A stretch of DNA of 64,000 nt from the NCBI GenBank assembly GCA_016280895.1, contig JAEEHM010000112.1, forward strand, positions 6,713 through 70,712. Reading direction: 5' to 3'. Position numbers and translations under genes: made by a program. This DNA comes from Bacillota bacterium (GTDB taxonomy: Bacteria > Bacillota_I > Bacilli_A > ML615J-28 > CAG-698). The notes below the pieces were generated by a model. The model did no database searches. It was not told the origin of the DNA and saw only the letters and a program-made list of their open reading frames with translations. How positions within the stretch are numbered: the first letter of the stretch is position 1; each line of letters starts with the position of its first letter. Positions 58,294 through 64,000 of this stretch are shown in pieces.

Positions 58294-61104
58294 ATGGATC
58301 CCTATATTAGAAATGAATATCAAAGATTATCTAATAAAGAATATAAATTTTCTTTAATTGATGAAGTAAAAAGATTAAAAGAAGCATGCATAAAGGAAGA
58401 AAATTATGAATATTTCTATTTATGTGATGCTTTAATTGTCGATATTTATATTGAACATCAAAATTTAGATGAAGCTTTGAAAATCTTAAGTGCAGATTTA
58501 AATACTATTGATAAAGTAGTGTACAAGAATGTTTATTTATCATTACTTGATCGTATTTTATACGTTTATATCACAAATAAAAATTATAAACTTGCTTATA
58601 AATATGCAAAGGAAAAATATCAAGTATTAGATAAAGATGATATCGATGCTATTAATCGATGGAATCTAGAAATGTCATATATTTATGCATATTTAAATGA
58701 TTTTGTTAAAGCTGAACTTGCTCTTAAGGATATTCTTAAAAATCCAAGTGAGGATTTACTTCCATATGTTTATTCTAACCTTGCTAAAATATATGTTGAT
58801 CAAAAGAAGGGCTTTTTAGCTGAAGAAGCTCTTAATTTGTGTATCAAATATACAGATGATGAAGAAGGTAAGGTTTATAATGATTATTTACTTGCTCGTA
58901 TTTTGTTATTAAAAGATCAAAAGAGAGAAGCATATCAAATTTTCAAACAAATCTTTGATAATGAAGATATGAATCAAATGACACTTCCAATTGTGAATGA
59001 ATATTTACATTTACTTTTAGATTTAAATAGAATTGATGAAATGGGACTTGTTATATCTAAGATTGCAATCTTTATTAATGCTTGTGATGATTATTATATA
59101 AAAAGAGAATTCATTAAAAATAAGATTAAATATTTAGTTGCATCTAAAAATGTTGATAATTTAAGTAAAATTATTGAAGAATATGAAGAAATAGATGCAA
59201 AAATCGATGATTTTGAAAAGAAGAATCTAATTGAATCAAAAGATGTAGAAGCAAATGATGAATTAATCAATCAGATTTCATCTGTTATTCAAAAGGTTGA
59301 TAAATTAACAAACATTATCGCAAATAATGTACTAGATAATTCTTTAAGAGATGTTTTAATGAATTACAACAATTCTTTATCAACAGTTCTTGATTATGAT
59401 TGTGCAACATTTGTGCTGTTTAACAGAACTTCTAGTCTTGATTATATGCAAGATGATTCTATTCTATGCATGAATTATAAGAATAATCGTTTATATGAAA
59501 AGAAAATATCATTTAACGCATTAAAATCAACAATTGGTGAATTAATTATTGAAAGAAATCGGCAAATGGCTTTTGATTTTAATAAGTCAAAAGTAGAACT
59601 TTTAAATATTTTCAATAATCGTTCATATAAGGATGATGGCTTAAATTATGTCAATGCTATTCCTATGGCATATCATAAAGATTTATTTGCGTGTATGATT
59701 TATGCATCTAATAAATCGGATATTACAACTGAAAATAATACTGTTTTATTTAGAGTTGCAACTAAGATTTTAGAATCATCTTTAACATCAGTCTTTTTAA
59801 ATGAAAATTTAGAAGCAACTACTAAGAGCTTAAATGATATTGTTGATAAAGACAATATAGGTTTGGTTTATGTATCTAATGATATTATGTATTTATCTAA
59901 AGCTTTAATGGATCAATTACATATTAATCATAAATCAATATCAAGAATTAATTATTTAAAGATGATTAATAAAGCTGACATTGATAGATATAATACTGTA
60001 GCTGATTTAGCTAAGAATTATTCTATTGAATATAAGATCAATTTAGATGACCGTGTAGTAACAGTTGTTGAAGAAATGATGCCATATTTTGATAAAACTG
60101 ATAAATTGTTGTTCTCTTATGGCACAATTTCAATTAAAAACGAAGATATGCGTTCTTTAATTGATGGTACAAGCCAACTAGAAAAATATATTCAAGAATT
60201 AAAAATAAAAGCAAATCGTATTGAATTTAGATATTCAATCATTAGAATCAGAACAAATGTGTCTAATTATACTTATATTAAAAATCTATTTGGTGTTGAA
60301 CCATTCTTTATTGATAATACTGATTTTTTAGTAGTTTTAGAAAATGAAGTAAATTTACATACCTTAGAAAAACTAACATCAAAAATTGATGCTAAATTCT
60401 CAGTAGTTAGATATCCTCGTGATATCGTAAATATTGAAGAATCATTCAATTTATCTAAGGTTTGTATTGAAAATAATTATGTATTCTTCACTGAAGAAGT
60501 TTATAAAACATATTTAAAGAAGAAGAGTATGAATAAGATCGCTGCAAAATATTTAGATTCTAATTTAAATATTAAGATGAGAGAATATCATTCATATGAT
60601 AATATTCCAATATTTGAAGCAAGCCTTGCTTGTGGTAATAATGATGATATTAGATCTTATTTAGATAATGAATATTTAAGCAATTATGATCTTAAATTAT
60701 ATCGTAATATCTTAGATAAGAATATTAATGCACCTTGTTTCTTTAGAATCCAAAACAAAATAATCAAGAAGATTTTAGATAATAATGCAATACCTAATGA
60801 TGGATTTAATGAATTAAAGTTTTTAGTTTATGAAAAGGATAATTTAAAAGAAATTATTGAAAGATTATCAAAAACAGGTATTAAATTAATTATTGATGCT
60901 AATTTAGTTGATTTAATTAGTGCATATACCTTTGATTCTAAGATTATTTCTGGTATTTATTTATCTAAGGGAATTGATGAAAAATTAAGAACTGATTGTA
61001 TCCATTTAGCATCTATCTTTAATTTAGTTGTTTATTCAACAAATAAAATCTTAGATTATAATAAAAATGTTTATCAAACAGATAAGGTACATGAAATAAA
61101 ATAG
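58294..61104 (+). CDS. Multidomain protein: TPR-like N-terminus, GAF-like and PAS-like regions, and degenerate GGDEF and EAL-like domains
   Basis: Residues ~617-710 follow the GGDEF-domain pattern, but the GGDEF motif is replaced by DNTDF (FFIDNTDFLVVLEN), followed by VVRYPRD. Residues ~745-925 follow the EAL pattern with degenerate motifs (IFEASLA, LKFLVYEKD, GIKLIIDANL). Confidence 0.5.
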   Translation: MDPYIRNEYQRLSNKEYKFSLIDEVKRLKEACIKEENYEYFYLCDALIVDIYIEHQNLDEALKILSADLNTIDKVVYKNVYLSLLDRILYVYITNKNYKLAYKYAKEKYQVLDKDDIDAINRWNLEMSYIYAYLNDFVKAELALKDILKNPSEDLLPYVYSNLAKIYVDQKKGFLAEEALNLCIKYTDDEEGKVYNDYLLARILLLKDQKREAYQIFKQIFDNEDMNQMTLPIVNEYLHLLLDLNRIDEMGLVISKIAIFINACDDYYIKREFIKNKIKYLVASKNVDNLSKIIEEYEEIDAKIDDFEKKNLIESKDVEANDELINQISSVIQKVDKLTNIIANNVLDNSLRDVLMNYNNSLSTVLDYDCATFVLFNRTSSLDYMQDDSILCMNYKNNRLYEKKISFNALKSTIGELIIERNRQMAFDFNKSKVELLNIFNNRSYKDDGLNYVNAIPMAYHKDLFACMIYASNKSDITTENNTVLFRVATKILESSLTSVFLNENLEATTKSLNDIVDKDNIGLVYVSNDIMYLSKALMDQLHINHKSISRINYLKMINKADIDRYNTVADLAKNYSIEYKINLDDRVVTVVEEMMPYFDKTDKLLFSYGTISIKNEDMRSLIDGTSQLEKYIQELKIKANRIEFRYSIIRIRTNVSNYTYIKNLFGVEPFFIDNTDFLVVLENEVNLHTLEKLTSKIDAKFSVVRYPRDIVNIEESFNLSKVCIENNYVFFTEEVYKTYLKKKSMNKIAAKYLDSNLNIKMREYHSYDNIPIFEASLACGNNDDIRSYLDNEYLSNYDLKLYRNILDKNINAPCFFRIQNKIIKKILDNNAIPNDGFNELKFLVYEKDNLKEIIERLSKTGIKLIIDANLVDLISAYTFDSKIISGIYLSKGIDEKLRTDCIHLASIFNLVVYSTNKILDYNKNVYQTDKVHEIK

Positions 61105-61112
61105 GAGTAAAA

Positions 61113-62105
61113 ATGAAAATTTTAGAGTTTATTCAATCAATATTTGTGCCTAGATATATGGTGATACATCGTAAAATGAAGCTTATATTTGGTCTTATCA
61201 TTTTAGTTTTAGCATCACTTATTATGTCTATTCCTTCATCTATTTATTTAAATAAAATGAAATATAAGGAACTTGAAAGTCAAAGTGGCTATGATATTTT
61301 AAAATATGTTGATGATAATAGCACAAATACAAATAATGAATTTACAAGTGATGAATTAGATAAATATAATTTAGTCAGATTTAGCGATATTAAAGCATTG
61401 AACTTAGTTATTAATAATACTGATGGTATTATGAATACTGATAAGGGTGTAATTGATGCTAAAGAATATGTTTTAAAAGCAATTAAACCAATATATGATG
61501 AAGATGGTAGTCATGTAAATGATGAAATTAGCTATATTCATATTGTCTTTGATTTTACAAGTGATGATGATAAAACATATGATATCGCAGAAGACTTTAA
61601 TAAGCTTGCTAATTTAGAAGAGAATCGATTTGGTCATTATTTATTGATGTTTACTGATAAGGCCTTATATTTTAAGATGGATGCTACTAAATTTGCGCTT
61701 CCTAATTTATCTTATTATAAAAAAGTTGAATTTAATTTTAATGAGATGGAAAATGCAGGAGTAATTAGCGATTTAATATCTGATACATATGTTCCTGCCC
61801 TTCATTTTACTTATCGAATGGTTTCATTATTATTTGTGGGTCTATTTTCTTTAGTGATTTCAATGCTATTCTCATTTATTTTAAGGGATACTGGTCAATT
61901 AAAGGGAATAAAGGAATATATCAATTTTGCAGCTATTGCAACAATTCCATTTGTGTTATTTGCGTTTTTATTCTCATTTATTGCATATCCATTCTGTGTA
62001 TTGTTGTTTAAATGGTATGCAGCTTTCTTTGGTATTTATCTATTTATTTTAGTTATTATTGTGAATAGAAGACCAAGAATTGAAGATCTTAAAAACAATG
62101 AATAA
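61113..62105 (+). CDS. DUF1189-like polytopic membrane protein
   Basis: The N-terminus MKILEFIQSIFVPRYMVIHRKMKLIFGLIILVL resembles the DUF1189/YvdJ family. There are C-terminal TM helices. Confidence 0.45.
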   Translation: MKILEFIQSIFVPRYMVIHRKMKLIFGLIILVLASLIMSIPSSIYLNKMKYKELESQSGYDILKYVDDNSTNTNNEFTSDELDKYNLVRFSDIKALNLVINNTDGIMNTDKGVIDAKEYVLKAIKPIYDEDGSHVNDEISYIHIVFDFTSDDDKTYDIAEDFNKLANLEENRFGHYLLMFTDKALYFKMDATKFALPNLSYYKKVEFNFNEMENAGVISDLISDTYVPALHFTYRMVSLLFVGLFSLVISMLFSFILRDTGQLKGIKEYINFAAIATIPFVLFAFLFSFIAYPFCVLLFKWYAAFFGIYLFILVIIVNRRPRIEDLKNNE

Positions 62106-62211
62106 AAAATAGTGATATTTGGTTTTAACTAAATATCACTTTTTATTATTTAAAATATCTTTAAAAAGAGAGAAAAAAATGTTATAATATAAGAAGTATA
62201 GGGTGATTATT

Positions 62212-62661
62212 ATGAAATTTTTAGGAAGAACAAATTCAAGAATATTAGCAATGATGATTCTTTATAATTATGATATCAATAAAGATATTGATATTGATCA
62301 ACAAATTGATTATATTGTTGAAAACAATAATCTTGAATTAAATGAAAATAATGAATTAGATTATGATAATGAATTCTTAAATAAACTAATTAATGGAGTT
62401 ATTAATAAGATTGATTATCTTGACTACATTATCTCTTTAGTAATTGAAGGATACACAATTGAAACTTTATCCGCAATTGATCGTGCAATATTGAGATGTG
62501 CAACTTATGAAATTATCTATATTAAAACTCCAAAAGAAGTTGTCATCAATGAATTTGTGAATGTTGCTAAAGCATATAGTGAAATCGAAGGATTTAAAGC
62601 ATCTAAATTTGATAATGCTGTTTTAGATAAGATTGCATCATCTAATTTTAAGGAAGAATAA
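62212..62661 (+). CDS. nusB: Transcription antitermination factor NusB
   Basis: RILAMMILY...; AIDRAILRCATYEI; NEFVNVAKAYS. SD sequence GGGTGA upstream of the ATG at 62212. Confidence 0.85.
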   Translation: MKFLGRTNSRILAMMILYNYDINKDIDIDQQIDYIVENNNLELNENNELDYDNEFLNKLINGVINKIDYLDYIISLVIEGYTIETLSAIDRAILRCATYEIIYIKTPKEVVINEFVNVAKAYSEIEGFKASKFDNAVLDKIASSNFKEE

Positions 62662-62662
62662 T

Positions 62663-63943
62663 ATGGAAAATCAAAGATATTTATCGGTATCTGCTTTAAA
62701 TAAATATCTTTATTATAAATTTGATAATGATTTAAATTTAAGAAATGTTTATTTAAAAGCAGAAATTTCTAATATTAGATTATCTAAGGGCATCTTATAT
62801 TTTGTGTTAAAAGATAATGAATCAGAAATTAGTGCTTTGATGTATGAATCAATTTTAAGATCTTTAAATTTCCAAATAGAAGATGGTATGACAGTCCTTG
62901 TATGTGGTAGAGTTGGTCTTTATCATAAAAGAGGCACTTATGCGATTACTGTTTCCAAGATGGAAGCAATTGGATTGGGTGAAGCTTATCTTAATTTTAT
63001 TAAATTAAAAGAGAAATTATTAAAAGAAGGTCTTTTTGATGATCAATATAAAAGAGAGATTAAGAGATTTAATCATAAAATTGCGTTAATTACATCTGCA
63101 ACTGGTGATGCAAGACATGATGTTGAATCAACTATCGCTAAAAGATATCCTTTAGCTGAAGTTGTTTTATATCCTGCACTTGTTCAAGGTACTGATGCTC
63201 CAAAATCTTTAATTGCGGCTTTAAATCAAGCTAATAAAGATGCTACTTGCGATTGTATAATCATAGCTCGTGGTGGTGGTTCAATTGAAGATTTATCTTG
63301 TTTTAACGATGAAGAACTAGCAAGATGTATCTTTGATAGCGCAATTCCAGTAATATCAGGTGTTGGCCATGAAGCTGATTTCACTATTTGTGATTTTGTG
63401 TCTGATAGGCGTGCTCCCACTCCAACTGGTGCTGCAGTTATTGCAAGTCCTGATATGAATGATTTATATAAAGAAATTGTTCAATTAAAGTCAAGTCTTG
63501 TTCAATCAATTAAAAATAAATTGGTTGATTCCTTCACCAAATTAGAAACATTAAAAAATGCATATGTTTTAAAGAATTTTGTCAATAATTTAGATAATTT
63601 ATTATTTAAGGTTGATAATTTAAATAAAAGAATTATTAATTTATCGCCAATTAATGAAATCAATCATGCTCTTGTTAATGTTGATAAATATAAAGATTCT
63701 TTAAATAAATCAATTAATAAAAGAATTGAATTAAATGATTATAAATTAGATAATGATATAAATAAATTAATACTATTAAATCCTTTAAATATTATGTCTA
63801 AGGGATATACTATTACCTTCCAAGATGGAAAGGTAGTATCAAAAATAGAAGATGTTGATAAAGAAAAATCATTAAATACGAAGATTTTAGGTGGAGAAAT
63901 TATCTCTACAATTAATGAAATAAAAAAAGATAAAGAGAATTGA
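62663..63943 (+). CDS. xseA: Exodeoxyribonuclease VII large subunit
   Basis: OB-fold N-terminus (LSVSALNKYL...VYLKAEISN) and catalytic core (IALITSATGDA, IIARGGGSIEDL, GHEADFTI). SD sequence AAGGAAG upstream of the ATG at 62663. Confidence 0.92.
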   Translation: MENQRYLSVSALNKYLYYKFDNDLNLRNVYLKAEISNIRLSKGILYFVLKDNESEISALMYESILRSLNFQIEDGMTVLVCGRVGLYHKRGTYAITVSKMEAIGLGEAYLNFIKLKEKLLKEGLFDDQYKREIKRFNHKIALITSATGDARHDVESTIAKRYPLAEVVLYPALVQGTDAPKSLIAALNQANKDATCDCIIIARGGGSIEDLSCFNDEELARCIFDSAIPVISGVGHEADFTICDFVSDRRAPTPTGAAVIASPDMNDLYKEIVQLKSSLVQSIKNKLVDSFTKLETLKNAYVLKNFVNNLDNLLFKVDNLNKRIINLSPINEINHALVNVDKYKDSLNKSINKRIELNDYKLDNDINKLILLNPLNIMSKGYTITFQDGKVVSKIEDVDKEKSLNTKILGGEIISTINEIKKDKEN

Positions 63944-63954
63944 AAGGAATAATT

Positions 63955-64000
63955 ATGAATAAGAGCCTTAAATTTGAAGATTTACTTGCACAATTAGAAG
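63955..64000 (+). CDS. xseB: Exodeoxyribonuclease VII small subunit; 3' partial
   Basis: MNKSLKFEDLLAQLE... is a typical XseB N-terminus, directly after xseA. It runs off the window end. Confidence 0.75.
   Translation, partial: MNKSLKFEDLLAQLE

Overview
AT-rich segment (about 30% GC by eye) from a low-GC Bacillota / Mollicutes-like bacterium. It uses the standard genetic code: TGA acts as a stop in many ATGA gene junctions, and conserved Trp residues are TGG. Most of the window is housekeeping genes on the + strand, arranged in blocks syntenic with Bacillus: azlCD; type III glutamine synthetase; msrA; nadD-nadE; a Val T-box leader followed by valS-folC; radC; trmR plus two U32 (trhP-like) genes followed by greA; yqeG-yqeH-yqeK/rsfS; CIRCE-hrcA-grpE-dnaK-dnaJ-rsmE-mtaB; a DEAD-box helicase; ispG; rpmG; rarA; apt-rel-dtd; nusB-xseA-xseB. 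Extended -10 promoters (TGnTATAAT) and clean rho-independent terminators are frequent. Three accessory regions stand out. (1) 31.65-39.9 kb is my best candidate for an undescribed system. A consensus sigmaA promoter drives two tandem c-di-GMP-I (GEMM-I) riboswitch aptamers that share a single terminator. These are followed by a three-gene operon whose products all carry TasA/SipW-type N-terminal signal sequences. The products are a small TasA/camelysin-like protein and two large paralogues of 755 and 1598 aa. The paralogues share a ~630 bp near-identical 5' block, and the larger one carries an array of beta-trefoil-like (x-W) repeats. (2) 22.4-26.1 kb holds a lipoprotein gene plus a secreted metzincin-like protease. 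The protease reading frame is interrupted by one in-frame TGA before its PPC/Big_2 domains. (3) 52.4-53.6 kb holds a truncated paralogous copy of the same lipoprotein module, inserted between rpmG and rarA and flanked by ~54 bp direct repeats. Other points of note: a degenerate TPR-GAF-PAS-GGDEF-EAL protein, a YqeK-RsfS fusion, a GreA with a ~75 aa insertion, phased 30-bp repeats upstream of the glutamine synthetase gene, a pair of MutS-domain-V ATPases, and a transposase-type HTH ORF translationally coupled to ispG.
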